From positions 480,001 through 544,000 of the forward strand of contig CAVPIW010000005.1 of assembly GCA_963705105.1 (NCBI GenBank): a DNA stretch of 64,000 nucleotides, given 5' to 3'. The position numbers and the translations under genes are program-made. Shown here piece after piece: positions 40,145-51,913 of the stretch (position 1 is the stretch's first letter; every line of letters begins with the position of its first letter). A model generated the notes under the pieces. It saw nothing but the letters and a program-made list of their open reading frames with translations. It ran no database searches and had not been told where the DNA came from. Origin of the DNA: an uncultured Nitrospiraceae bacterium. GTDB taxonomy: Bacteria; Nitrospirota; Thermodesulfovibrionia; Thermodesulfovibrionales; Dissulfurispiraceae.

Positions 40145-41536
40145 ATGAAACTCTTCAAGAAGATCCTTGTCGCAAACCGCGGTGAAATAGCCCTGCGGAT
40201 CATCAGGGCCTGCAGGGAGCTCGGTATCAGGACCGTCGCCGTCTATTCCGACATCGAGCGCGACTCGCTCCATGTCCAGCTTGCCGACGAGTCCATCTGC
40301 ATCGGCCCTGCGAGCCCCGCCCAGAGCTACCTTCACATACCGGCAATCCTGAGCGCCGCCGAGATCACCGATTCAGGGGCGATCCATCCGGGCTACGGGT
40401 TCCTGTCGGAGAACGCCCATTTTGCCGAGGCCTGCGCAACCTCTGGCATCGTCTTTATCGGCCCCTCGCCGGAGAGCATCCGCCTCGGCGGCGACAAGGC
40501 GAAGGCCCGCCAGATCATGAAGAGGAGGGGTATTCCCGTGGTGCCCGGCAGCGAAGGGCCCATGCAGTCGGAGGATGCCGTCCTGAAGACAACCCGGAGG
40601 ATCGGGATGCCCGTCGTCCTGAAGGCATCGGCAGGGGGCGGCGGCAGGGGGATGAGAATAATCAGGGACGAGCAGGAGCTCTCTCAGGCCTTCCATATCG
40701 CCCAGCGGGAGGCCCTCGCCGCCTTCGGCAACGGCGAGCTCTATGTGGAAAAATACCTCCCCTCGATCCGCCACATCGAGGTCCAGATCATATCGGACGG
40801 AAAGGGCAACATCATTCACCTCGGCGAGCGGGACTGCTCGATCCAGAGGAGGCATCAGAAACTCGTCGAGGAAGCGCCGTCTCCCGTCGCCAGCGAGAAG
40901 TTCAGGAAGAAGATCGGCGAGTACGCCATCAAGGCCGCCAAGGCGCTGAAATACAAGAGTGCAGGCACCGTCGAATTCATCGTCGACAGCGAGCAGAACA
41001 TCTACTTCATGGAGGTCAACACGAGGGTGCAGGTCGAACACCCCATCACGGAGGAACTGACGGGTGTGGACATCGTGAAGGAGCAGATCAAGATCGCGGC
41101 AGGACTGCCTCTCTCGTACCGCCAGGGCCAGATCAAGGTGAGCGGCCACTCCATCGAGTGCAGGATCAATGCCGAAGACCCCGAAACCTTTATCCCCTCG
41201 CCCGGCAGAATCACCCTCTTCCTCAGTCCCGGCGGCCCGGGCACGAGGCTCGACACGGCGGCCTATCAGGGGTGGTACGTGCCATCCCAATACGATTCTC
41301 TCATCGCCAAGCTCATTGTCCGCGGGAGAAACAGGGAAGAGGCGATTGCACGGATGAAGAGGGCCCTCAGCGAGTTCAGGATTGAAGGCATCAAGACCAC
41401 CATTCCCTTCCACCAGAAGGTCTTCTGCCATCCCGAGTTCATCAAAGGCACCTACAATACCGAGTTTCTCGATCGCGTCATCGCGCCGGACAAGTCGCTC
41501 CCTCCGCCAGACACCGCACCTGTTGAGACCGAGTAG
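40145..41536 (+). CDS. accC: Biotin carboxylase
   Basis: ANRGEIA, HPGYGFLSEN, GGGGRGM, EVNTRVQVEH. Confidence 0.96.
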   Translation: MKLFKKILVANRGEIALRIIRACRELGIRTVAVYSDIERDSLHVQLADESICIGPASPAQSYLHIPAILSAAEITDSGAIHPGYGFLSENAHFAEACATSGIVFIGPSPESIRLGGDKAKARQIMKRRGIPVVPGSEGPMQSEDAVLKTTRRIGMPVVLKASAGGGGRGMRIIRDEQELSQAFHIAQREALAAFGNGELYVEKYLPSIRHIEVQIISDGKGNIIHLGERDCSIQRRHQKLVEEAPSPVASEKFRKKIGEYAIKAAKALKYKSAGTVEFIVDSEQNIYFMEVNTRVQVEHPITEELTGVDIVKEQIKIAAGLPLSYRQGQIKVSGHSIECRINAEDPETFIPSPGRITLFLSPGGPGTRLDTAAYQGWYVPSQYDSLIAKLIVRGRNREEAIARMKRALSEFRIEGIKTTIPFHQKVFCHPEFIKGTYNTEFLDRVIAPDKSLPPPDTAPVETE

Positions 41537-42155
41537 ACTCAGCCCCCTCTGTTTCCTGACGGCCGAGACGGCTTCGACCGCCGACCTCATGGACACGGTC
41601 AGGAAGGTGCTCGACGGCGGCGTCTCATGGGTACAGTACCGCCAGAAGAACAAAGAGCGCAGGGCCATGTACGTCGAGGCCGAAGAGATGCGAAAACTGA
41701 CGGCGAGCTACGGCGCCTGCCTCGTCGTAAACGACTTCGCCGACATCGCCCTTGCCGTCGACGCCGACGGTGTGCACCTGGGACAGGACGACCTGCCCCT
41801 CCGGGAGGCGAGGAAGATCATGGGGACAGGAATTGTCGGCATATCCACCCACAGGCTCTCCGAGGCTATCGAGGCTGAAGCGGGCGGGGCTGATTACGTC
41901 GGCTTCGGCCCCCTCTTCCCGACGACGACGAAGGATGCCGGCGAACCGAAGGGCGTCCACGCACTGGAGTCCGTCTGCACTCAATTGCGTATCCCCGTCA
42001 TCGCCATCGGCGGCATCAAGGTCTCCCATGTGGAAGCCGTCTTCAGGGCAGGCTGCGCAGGGATCGCCGTCTCGTCGGGCCTCCTCTTCGGCGACATCAG
42101 GGAGACGGCCCGGGAGTTCATGTCCTGCATCGGTCGAACCGCCTCCATCAGTTGA
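41523..42155 (+). CDS. thiE: Thiamine-phosphate synthase (start approximate)
   Basis: VQYRQK, VND, GVHLGQDD, GISTH, PTTTK, AIGGI. Confidence 0.93.
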   Translation: MRPSRLSPLCFLTAETASTADLMDTVRKVLDGGVSWVQYRQKNKERRAMYVEAEEMRKLTASYGACLVVNDFADIALAVDADGVHLGQDDLPLREARKIMGTGIVGISTHRLSEAIEAEAGGADYVGFGPLFPTTTKDAGEPKGVHALESVCTQLRIPVIAIGGIKVSHVEAVFRAGCAGIAVSSGLLFGDIRETAREFMSCIGRTASIS

Positions 42156-42231
42156 CAAAGGACATTTTGTCCTGATACCCTGTAGCCTTGCCGGGACGAA
42201 TCCGGCTGCTTTTATGCGGACAGGAGGAACC

Positions 42232-42822
42232 ATGAACGTCCTTTGCGTGCTCGGGAGCCCCAGGCTCAAGGGAAACAGTGCCAGGATCGCGCAGCATTTC
42301 CTGCGAAGCGCCGAATTGCTGGGGGCGAAAACGCAGACATTCGCCCTGAACACCCTCATATACCGGGGCTGCCAGGCCTGTTACGCCTGTAAAAAGAAAC
42401 TCGACCGGTGCATGCTCGACGACGATCTCACACAGGTGCTCGACGCGATGAGGGAGGCCGACGTCATCGTGTTGACGACACCGATCTATTTCGGGGACAT
42501 CTCGGGACAGCTCAAATGTTTCATCGACAGGACCTTTTCCTTTCTCGTGCCCGATTTCATCACCAACCCGAATCCGAGCCGCCTTCCTGCCGGCAAGAAG
42601 CTCCTGTTCGTCATCACCCAGGGACAGCCCGATGAGGCCCTCTTTGCCGATGTCTTTTCCAAGTATGAGAGGTTTCTGAAATGGTTCGGGTTTTCGGAAT
42701 CCTTCCTCATCCGTGCCTGCGGCGTTTCGAAGCTTGATGACGTGGAGCACCGTGACGACATCATGAGGCAGGCGGAGGACCTGGCAAAGAAACTCGTGTC
42801 GGCCGAAAAGACGAAGGGATAA
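42232..42822 (+). CDS. Flavodoxin-family iron-sulfur flavoprotein
   Basis: GSPR.KGNS, CQACYAC....RC, TPIYF, KCFIDR. Confidence 0.9.
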   Translation: MNVLCVLGSPRLKGNSARIAQHFLRSAELLGAKTQTFALNTLIYRGCQACYACKKKLDRCMLDDDLTQVLDAMREADVIVLTTPIYFGDISGQLKCFIDRTFSFLVPDFITNPNPSRLPAGKKLLFVITQGQPDEALFADVFSKYERFLKWFGFSESFLIRACGVSKLDDVEHRDDIMRQAEDLAKKLVSAEKTKG

Positions 42823-42836
42823 AGGAGGTATGACCC

Positions 42837-43004
42837 ATGCCTGCATATGAGTATTACTGCAACGACTGCAAACACGATTTCACCGCTTTCCTGACGATCA
42901 AGGAGTATGAGGCAAAGCCCAAATTGAAATGCCCCCGTTGCGGCAGCGATGGGGTGCAGCGCAAGATAACGCCCTTCTTCGCCAAGACGAGCAAGAAATC
43001 GTAG
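42837..43004 (+). CDS. FmdB family zinc-ribbon protein (not in the ORF track)
   Basis: MPAYEYYCNDC...CPRCGS...FAKTSKKS; RBS aaggagg. Confidence 0.88.
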   Translation: MPAYEYYCNDCKHDFTAFLTIKEYEAKPKLKCPRCGSDGVQRKITPFFAKTSKKS

Positions 43005-43088
43005 ACATTCATCGGGAATACGCACAATGACGCCGGACATGATCATGGAATACAGACATCGCTGCGCCTCCGGGAAAGGGGGCCACAT

Positions 43089-44642
43089 ATGAATCTCGTC
43101 ACGGCCTACGCGGTCACGTTCATCGCCAGTTTCTGCACCCTCGTCATCGAAATCGTCGCCGGCCGCATCCTGGCCCCCTATGTGGGCGTTTCGCTGTACA
43201 CATGGACGAGCATCATCGGCGTCGTTCTTGCCGGCATCAGCATCGGCGCCTATGTGGGCGGGCGCATTGCCGACCGCTTTCCCCGGCGGAAGACCCTGGG
43301 ACTCCTGCTCCTCATTTCGGGATTCGCGGCCCTCTCCATCGCTCCCCTGACGAACCTCTTCGGTCCCCTTTCATTCAATATGCCCCTGATGTGGCGGATC
43401 CTCCTGATCACGACGCTCATCTTTTTCATCCCGAGCTGCATCCTCGGGACGATCTCGCCCGTCGTCGTCAGGCTTGCCATCCAGGACCTCGAAAAGGTCG
43501 GCCATGTCGTCGGCAAGATCTACGCCTTTTCCACCCTCGGATCGATCATCGGCACCTTCATGGCCGGGTTCTTTCTCATCTCCTGGATGGGCACGAGGAA
43601 CATCATCCTGCTCATGGGCGTCATCCTCATCATCACTGCCGTCGTTCTCGGTGCGCTCTTCAAATCAACAAAACCGGCCATAGCCTTCCTCGCTCTTCCC
43701 CTCGTCCTCCTCTGGGGGACCTATGACATCGCCTTCAAGCCCGACCTGGCGGCGAACACCTATCATTACAAGGAAAGCGATTACTACACGATCAAGGTGA
43801 ACAAAACCGTCGGCTCGGACAAGGAGACACGGTTCGAAGCCCTCATCCTCGACAACCTCATCCACTCCTTCGTGAATCTCCGGGACCCCCTGCACATCGA
43901 GTACAGGTATGAGAAGATATACGCCGAGGTCCTCAAGTGGAGATACGCCCGTGACGGGGCCTTCAAGAGCCTCACCATCGGCGGCGGCGGATATACGTTT
44001 CCGCGGTACATGGAGATTTATTATCCGAACTCGCAGATAGACGTCGTCGAAATTGATCCCGAAGTGACGAAGATCGTATACAGCCACCTGGGCCTGCCGA
44101 AGGATACAAGGATCAGGACTTTCAACACCGACGGACGGTGGTTCGTCATGAACTGCAGGGAGAAATACGATTTGCTTTTTGCAGACGCCTACAACGACCT
44201 GTCAATCCCCTATCATCTCACGACAAAGGAATTCGCCCGGTTAATGAAGGGCATCATGAACCCCGGAGCGATTCTGCTGACGAACATCATCGACAATTTC
44301 CAGAGGGGCTCCTTCCTGCCCTCCTACATCAGGACCCTGCGGGAGGTCTTCGGCGATGAAAACGTCCACATCCTCTCGGTGAGTCCCCAGTTCGAGAAGA
44401 TCGGCATCAGCACCTTCATCGTCCTCGCCTCAAACGGGCATCTCAACATTAAGGACTTTGACGCCTACGTGAAAAACGCCTTCGGCGGACAGGCCGCGTC
44501 GGCCGTCGTGCCCGAAAAACTCGTCGATGAATTCCTGAAGAAACGTCACTCCATCGTCATTACCGACGATCACGCCCCCGTCGACAACCTCATCGCCCCC
44601 AACTTCGAAGAGAGATTCGGGTATAACCGGAAGAACCGGTAG
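43089..44642 (+). CDS. Fused membrane domain/spermidine-synthase-like methyltransferase
   Basis: EIVAGRILAPYVG, IGGGGY, VVEIDP, DGR, DAY, ITDDHAP. Confidence 0.9.
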   Translation: MNLVTAYAVTFIASFCTLVIEIVAGRILAPYVGVSLYTWTSIIGVVLAGISIGAYVGGRIADRFPRRKTLGLLLLISGFAALSIAPLTNLFGPLSFNMPLMWRILLITTLIFFIPSCILGTISPVVVRLAIQDLEKVGHVVGKIYAFSTLGSIIGTFMAGFFLISWMGTRNIILLMGVILIITAVVLGALFKSTKPAIAFLALPLVLLWGTYDIAFKPDLAANTYHYKESDYYTIKVNKTVGSDKETRFEALILDNLIHSFVNLRDPLHIEYRYEKIYAEVLKWRYARDGAFKSLTIGGGGYTFPRYMEIYYPNSQIDVVEIDPEVTKIVYSHLGLPKDTRIRTFNTDGRWFVMNCREKYDLLFADAYNDLSIPYHLTTKEFARLMKGIMNPGAILLTNIIDNFQRGSFLPSYIRTLREVFGDENVHILSVSPQFEKIGISTFIVLASNGHLNIKDFDAYVKNAFGGQAASAVVPEKLVDEFLKKRHSIVITDDHAPVDNLIAPNFEERFGYNRKNR

Positions 44643-45026
44643 AACCGGCCGATTTCAGACACCCTCAAGGGCATACGTAATCTTCACGTTTCAAGCTCCC
44701 GTGGCAATCACCATAACATCGTAGACGGAATTTCAGACGGTCAAGGGAATAATCCTCGCAGAAGTCCGCCCTGGAAGAACATCCACGCAAAGTCCTAGTT
44801 TCAATCAGAAACCCTCAAAGTTCTGGCCACTACAAGAGGTGGTGTAAGGCTTCAGGACAAAGACTTTAAAAATAGACTAAGGTGTAAGAGATAGGACTTG
44901 GAACAGACAAGTCTCATCTTCTTCGTACGACCGCTTCTCTTGACGATGGCTGCTGGTTAAGCTATCCAATGAAATCAAAGATACTCCTATAACATAACTG
45001 GTATGAAACCGTGTATAATTTGCTGA

Positions 45027-48000
45027 ATGGCTATCACAGGTCCACCAGCGGAAGATAGTCCCATCGAGCTGACAACAATGTTGCGTCGGGTAACCACAGA
45101 CCTGCAAACTGAGTTTGTCCATGGTCGGACTCTCTATGGAAAGTACCTTGACAAGTTATCAGAACGGCAATACGATGATGAGGCAGTCATTCATGTCGGC
45201 GATCATGTAACCGTCATTACCGAGGCCCCAGCCAATTTTATCCCACGGAGACATACGAGTTTGGTGTGGTATTGGTCGAACTATCTGTGGCCTTGTTACA
45301 CACTGACTACGTGGTGGAAAACACTCGATGGCCATACAATTCGTCGGATCGCTTTCTTCCCTATAGGTACTCCCGCCGCAGATCTTATGTTCTCCCATCC
45401 TATTCGAGTTGCGCTCATCAACAAAGAGAAATGCCTCGATGCTTTTGATATCGATATCGCAAAGCTCGAAGATAAATACTGGAGTAACATCCCTTCAGAT
45501 CGTGTGACAAAGCATATTCATGAATTGCAGGGAGCAAAGGCATATGTGTACAGATACCTAGTTGCTAGGCTCGCAAAAACGAATCCGGCTGGCGAGTTGG
45601 AGAAAGAGTGGTCTAACCGTTTGAACGGTTGGTTTGAGACATTCTTTAATAACTTAGAAACCCTGGAATTCCAGGCAGAAATAGAGAAAGAAAGTGAGGC
45701 AGTAAGGCAGACTCAGTTTGCCCACTTATTTGATAATGATAATCCCTTAGCAAGTATCTATCATGAATTCGTCAGGCTCTTTTGGAAGGAAATGGAGAGC
45801 CCGGTGGCATTCGTAGGCCTTGTAGATGCGGAGCTTGCGGATGCGCCTTTTTCGATGACGGTAATGCGTTGGCTCTTAAATTGTGCGTGGCTTTCCCCTC
45901 GAGGGAGGTCATGTCAATAGGTGTGTAAAAAGCCATCAGGCGGCGACCCTTTCGGCAGCCCCTTCCTGCCCAACGGCAATGCCGTCAGTGAAGTGTTTCC
46001 CCTCGTAGACATCCCTCAGTAACCAATATCCCTTCAGCCTGCGGTATCTCGTTCAGCGAACCCAGTACTCCAGACGACGCCGCCGCACTTGGACTCAATC
46101 GATTAGCATCCGGCCTAGCGTAAGCGAACTCAACCGTGATCCACCACATTGGACGTCCAGAAGGACCAGTGCTATCGGCAATAATAGAGTATCTTGGGCT
46201 CCAAATCATGCAGCTCCATCGCCTCGGGAAATCCCTCCGAACCGGCGGAGAAAGTGTCCCTGAGCCTCTCATATTCTGCCGCGTCTCTGCATAGTGGTTT
46301 TTGTGAGATACCCGCCTGCCACGGGAACAATTCTCTTCCACCCACCCTTCACGTTGGTTATCTTATGGTTCCAACACCTCTGCACCTTGCCCTCGGGATG
46401 AAGCTCTCCCAACGCTGACCATATCCCCAAATGACCATCGGCAACCGTCAATGTGCCCAGCTTCAGTCCCCGAGCGGTCAGATCCCTCAGGACCCCTGCC
46501 CAGGATTCCTTGCTCTCCCGATACCCGCTCTCGCAGGCCAGCAGGATCTTTTCCCCCGTAACCAACGCCCCGATGATCACCAGCAATGCTGCTTTGTCTT
46601 TCTCCAACCCGGCCTTCACGTATATCCCGTCCGCCCACTGATAGACGACCTCAAGCCCGGAAAGATCCCGAGCAATCCACTCGTCGTATCCGCACTGCCA
46701 TTTGCCCTTCAGCCGCTGGATCGACGAGGACGACAGCGGCGCCCCTTCTCCCAATAACCCCCGAAGCGCTAAATCAAAATCCCCCTGCGCCAGTCCGTGG
46801 AGATACAATTCCGGCAGTAACTGCCCCACTTCTTTTGACCGACGTATGAATAACGGCAGGACCTTGCTCTCAAATCGCTCCTCCGCTCCCCGCACACGGG
46901 GCCGTCGGACCGTGATCGTCCCGTTCATCAGCGTGAACTTCTTCCGCTTCCCGTGTCCGTTCCAATACCCCCGCTTGCCATCCACCTTCTTGATCCTCTC
47001 GGATTTCTTCCTCCCCAAAAATATCTCGACTTCTTCTTCCAGTATGTCCTGAATGTACTCCTGTACTTTCAGCCGAACTATGCTTTCCAATGCCTCGTAT
47101 GTCGCTCTTGACGGCTCAACTGCCTCGGTGATACTCTTGTCCATGGTGGTGTCTCCTTTCTCTGTGTTGATCCCAAGTCACCTGATTAAGGATACACCGC
47201 CTTCTTACTCATTTACACACTTTTTGATCTTACCTTCCTCGAGGAACGGATTGTGGAAAGAGTCTCGTATCCATTGAACTGGACGGCTCCCGTGAGACTC
47301 TCTCCCTCGTGGAATCTCTTCCCGTTGGCTACACCGAATACTTCTGGCATAGGACCTCTCTTGCGCTGCCGATGTATCATGGGCGACTTCTTGGGGCAGG
47401 CAGCTGTCCCGTTGATTTAGATGTTGTAAAGGACCGCGTCCCGCTCTACAAAGACGATGTTGACAAGGGCAAAGAGTTCGTAAAGTCTCTCCTCATGGAG
47501 GCCGTATCCTTCAAGCAATGGACCATCCCTCACGGCGCGTATGTTCAGATGGATATTGGGCCGTTCAAGGCTGTCACACACCTTGAACGCAATAATGACC
47601 GATGCTGTGTTCTTGTCGATGACAGTGGGCATTATTTCAACATCTGGGTAGATCCTTATGCCCAAAACTTCTCCTTTTTACGCAATGACGACTCTAACCC
47701 GGAAGCACTCGCTAGAGTAATCCATGTCATCTTGAAGGAGAAGGGGCTGCTGAAACAGTCGGTGCAAGACATGAGGCAGAATGAGTCGATTGCTACGGTC
47801 ATGGATGCCGAAGACTTGTGTGGACGCGTTAGGGAGCGAATGGCTCTCGAGGATGAACGGTTCACCCTCGGGTTCAAGATTCTTTTAAGCGCGATTATCC
47901 GCGATTTCTGGGTGGTTGAACAGCGAGAGCGTGTCTTTGGGAGGGGGAGACCGATCCGCAAATCCCCGCGACTGAGGGCTGATTGGGGCAAAAAGACGGT

Positions 48001-48753
48001 TATCTATTTGCCACGTATAAGATATGTCGGGGAGGTGACCAGTGGTGAGGAGCAGTTGCATGTAGTCGCTAGGGCTGCGCATTTTGTCACAGGACATCTG
48101 AGACGGGCAGTGCAGGCAAACGAGCAGCAAATAATGCTTGCACGACGCTTCGGCATTATTGTTCCAGAGGGGTTTACCTTCGTCAGGCCGCACCGCAAGG
48201 GGGACAAGGCTCAAGAGCCATGTTATGGTCTTTCATCAACAGTTTCGGGTCAGGCTTTACCGGACCGACAACTTCGTCCCCGTCCGCCTTGCCGTGAGCC
48301 ATACACGAAGTGGCTAATTGCGAACGGCTATGAAGTGGAGCATCTGGCAGGTGGCAGAAATGGGGACGGCGGTGTGGACATCCAGGCCAGCAAAGAAGAT
48401 GAGCACCTCTTGGTTCAGTGCAAATTCTGGCTCACGCAGAAGATTGGCCCAACGTTATCCGGGAGATGTTAGGGACACTAGAGACGTTTCCGGCAGGCTC
48501 AAAGGGAGTGATAATAACTTCTTCTGAATTTACGGAAGGGGCTAAGACTTTGGCGCTGGAACATAGAATACAGTTTATTGAGCCGGAGACAAACCTAAAA
48601 GCCGGTGAACGTCAATCAACCCGTCAGGTTATCCAACTCACAACCTGCTTAACTATGCACCCAAGTCGCTATCTTCCACGTCTGCTCAAAGCACTTGTTC
48701 CCTTGTTCGAATCATTGTATATGTTTGTACGAATATTCCTCAGTCTAAGGTAG
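45027..48753 (+). pseudogene. Large Mrr_cat-type (D..QxK) restriction-endonuclease domain gene split by IS256 and frameshifted near its 3' end
   Basis: Removing 45905-47244 joins ORF 45027 in frame to ORF 47309; C-terminal GDGGVDI..VQCKFW..VIREMLG..IITSSEFT; 3' end uncertain. Confidence 0.75.
45905..47236 (-). mobile_element. IS256-family element; transposase 3' half degenerate
   Basis: Imperfect TIRs gaggtcatgtcaataggtgtgtaaa / aaggtaagatcaaaaagtgtgtaaa; 8-bp TSD cctcgagg (45897-45904, 47237-47244); ORF 46269-47144 with WADGIY, ADGHLG, QRCWNH. Confidence 0.9.
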
Positions 48754-49487
48754 GATGGAAGAAGTGGACACCAAAGTCGGTAAACTAGAGAAAGACGGAG
48801 GTGTCAGGATGAAAGGTATTCCACAGGGACGGTACACGAAGGAATTTCGAGAGGAAGCAGTGAAAATGATTATGGAAGCAGGCATGTCATTGCCGGTGGT
48901 AGCACGTCTGCTCATCGTAGACGCCGTCGAGTTGAGCAACTGGGTCAAGGCATATAAGGCTGGCAATCTCAAGGAAATCGGCAAGAACTATCGGCGGCTC
49001 ACCGAGATAGTGATGGAACTGGCACGAGTCAAGAGAGAGCTTATAGAGACGAGGATGGAGCGAGATTTGTTAAAAAAAGCCGCCGCGTACTTTGCGAGGG
49101 AGACGCAGCCTGGTCCTCGATGGAGGAATACCCAGAATCCTTTCCCCTCCAGGAGGCTTTGAGACTCCAGCGGATACTTGCCGGGTTTTTCGCCCTGCGC
49201 AATCTGCAAGGAAAATCCGCGGCTGGAGGTTGAAATCCAGGCGGCACATGAGCGCACACGGGGGACGTACGGCCGGGACCGCTGATGGAGCATCTTGCCG
49301 TCAACGGGGTGAAAGACGCCTGTGCCTGCATAAGAGACCGCAAGGAACAACTCGTTGAACTCTGCAAACAGAAGAGGCGTTCAAGGTGACAACGGACCGC
49401 GGCATACACTTCCTGGGCGGACAATCTGCTACAGCAGGAAATTCAGGCGACGGCGCCGGGCCGCGTGTGGGTCAGCGACATCACGTA

Positions 49488-50599
49488 TTAACCGTCTCAT
49501 AATAGAATGGAGTCATGCTGCATACTTTGTCGTCTCGTTCTTGAAATATGAACGGACGCGATCTGGTGTTTTTTGAATAAAGCGCAAGTGACTTATGACT
49601 GCCCCACGCATTTGTTCAAGGGTTATCAGAGCTTGTCTGCCGATCGAGTTGTTTTTCAGATCATTCCAGACACGCTCATCAGGATTCAGCTCAGGAGAGT
49701 ATGAGGGGAAGAAGAACAGACGAAATCTCTTCTTGATGGGTTCCGTTTCAATAAATCTGGTGACAAGATTCGCCTTGTGTATCGGATGACCGTCGACAAT
49801 CAGGAAGATCATACGTTCGGTGCCATGAAGCAGCCGCTTGATGAATTCGATAAACACAGAAGCGCCCACGCGACCTTTGACGGTCATAAAACGGAACTCT
49901 CCTTGTGCGCTGACAGCAGACAGAATGTTCAAGCTGAAGCGCGCACCGGTCGTGCTGACCACAGGGGTCTTCCCCTTGGCAGACCATGTCGTTCCCGCAT
50001 GATGATCCGAACGCACTCCCGCCTCATCGCCAAAGAATATCTGTGCCTTCAGACGGCGCGCCATACGCCGAATGCGGGGATACTCCTCTTGAAGCCATCG
50101 TTGCACTTCTTCGGGTTTTTGCTGATATGCACGCCAGACAGGTCGCTGCGGGGTCAAGCCCAACTGCGACAGCAACCGACACACGGACGCCTTGCTCAAC
50201 TTGACCTTAAAGCGCTCATAAATCAGTTGCCCAATCATCTTGGCCGTCCACAGAGCATAGGTAAACTTCAACTGCAAAGGATTCTTCAAGGTCACGGTCT
50301 GATAAATCCAGTGCAGCGCAATCGCATCCAATTTAGGCGGGCGACCGCCTCGCTTGCTGGCATCCAGAGAGCCCCAGCCCCCCTGGCGGTATCGCGCAAG
50401 CCACCCGTACATTGCTGCCCTGCCAATGCCAAGGGCTTTTGCCACAACCTCAGGGTTTTGACCATCTTGCACGCTCTGTACTGCACGCTTCCTCAGTTCC
50501 GTCAGTGTCTTGTGATCAAGTCGCCGAGCATCGTTCGTTTTCATGCATAATAGTATACCAAATTATTCACAAAAGTACATACTATTATGAGACGGTTAA
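49488..50599 (-). mobile_element. IS630-family element, apparently intact
   Basis: Perfect 18-bp TIR ttaaccgtctcataatag; TA duplication (49486-87, 50600-01). Confidence 0.93.
49513..50544 (-). CDS. IS630 transposase
   Basis: [26 protein letters not shown]. Confidence 0.93.
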   Translation of the reverse strand: MKTNDARRLDHKTLTELRKRAVQSVQDGQNPEVVAKALGIGRAAMYGWLARYRQGGWGSLDASKRGGRPPKLDAIALHWIYQTVTLKNPLQLKFTYALWTAKMIGQLIYERFKVKLSKASVCRLLSQLGLTPQRPVWRAYQQKPEEVQRWLQEEYPRIRRMARRLKAQIFFGDEAGVRSDHHAGTTWSAKGKTPVVSTTGARFSLNILSAVSAQGEFRFMTVKGRVGASVFIEFIKRLLHGTERMIFLIVDGHPIHKANLVTRFIETEPIKKRFRLFFFPSYSPELNPDERVWNDLKNNSIGRQALITLEQMRGAVISHLRFIQKTPDRVRSYFKNETTKYAA

Positions 50600-51110
50600 T
50601 ATATCCCGACGGAGGAAGGGTGGCTGTATCTTGCAGCGCATAAGGACCTTTTTACAGGAGAGATTGTGGGGTATGCCATGGGGCAGAGGATAACACAGAA
50701 CCTTGTCAGGGAATCGCTGGTACGAGCGGTGCGGGCGAAACGTCCAGCTGACGGGCTGATACACCACTCTGACCGGGGAAGTGAGTATTGTGCGTATGAC
50801 TTCGGGAAGTTGCTGAACCACTTGAAGATGAATGCTTCAATGAGCGGTACGGGAAACTGCTTTGATAACGCTCCGATGGAGAGCTTCTGGGGGATGTTGA
50901 AGAGTGAGCTGTGCATCACAGGCGCCATCTGAGAGGCATGAGGCGACGGGTGAAATCACCGAGTATATTGAGATAGTTCACAATCGGCAACGGCGGCAGG
51001 CAAGACTTGGGTATCTTTCACCTGCTGCTTTTGAAAGAGCATACCACATGCATGTTCGGGCAGCATGAGAGGTTTGGTGTCCACTATTGACAACCGACCC
51101 CATATATAGC

Positions 51111-51913
51111 TTACGGTCCCGGTTTCCCCGTTAAATTAAGTAACGATTTTACGAAACTCAAAATCGACTCCCATTTATTGGCTATTATTCCTCCAATAGC
51201 GCCAGAAATAATGCCAGCCAGTACGAGCCATATGCCACTATTAACAATCTTGTAGCGCTTCAAGCTTTGTTGTGTTTGATGTAACTCTGCGTACTTTTCA
51301 AGATTATAAACACGGCCAGCGAGCTCGCCAACAGGTCCACCAAGAAATTCTTTAGTATCTTCTGCTGATATAGAGCCTAACTTATGGCGCTCAGAATATA
51401 AAGAATGTTCCAATGATCCTTCAAGGACACGCGGCCTATAGTTAGCGCCATAAATTCGGTCCGGATTAGGCGCAACAGGGGAAAGTAAGAGTTTCGCGAT
51501 TCTATCGCTCTCCCGAATTCTATACGGCGTATTACCTTGATTCAGTTGTGTGATAGTAAGCGGTCCACCGAATCCTGGATCACTGTGGAAATAGGATGAA
51601 AAACCCCGTGAGAAAGCTGAGTATGGCTATTGCCTATGATCCGAACTAGAAAAGGATCTGATAGGTCAATAATCTCTTTTGATACAATTGTTACAACCTC
51701 CCCTGGTTGAACGACGTACCCTTCAGAAGCTATATCAATCGTTATGCTGCGGTTCCGAGATGTCAATCTATTGCCAGCGCGAAGATCATATGCACACCGG
51801 CTGAACTGCTGTGGTGCAAACGTACCATCCAAGAAAAGCTTACCGCTATCAGCAAGAATGATGATATCCCTGTCTATAAGAAAATTCTGAGTCCGTTTCT
51901 CAAAAATTGTCAT
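51111..51913 (-). CDS. Degenerate dCTP deaminase/dUTPase-fold domain fused to a C-terminal TM helix (1-nt frameshift near 51580)
   Basis: AYDLRAG, VQPGEVV; adding one G gives STVDPGFGGPLTITQLNQG..DRIAKL, continuing into ORF 51111-51413 with TM GIWLVLAGIISGAIGGIIA. Confidence 0.7.

Larger units (their letters stand above)
48746..51102 (+). mobile_element. IS3-family element, degenerate, interrupted by IS630
   Basis: Termini share agtggacaccaaa; orfA YTKEFREEAV..LKKAAAYF; orfB WVSDITY/IPTEEGWLYL, HHSDRGSEY, GNCFDNAPMESF. Confidence 0.9.

Noticed and set aside
44650..44822. Three loosely similar motifs (atttcagac..tcaaggg) about 75-78 bp apart, CRISPR-like spacing
   Set aside because: Too short and divergent, and no cas genes in the window
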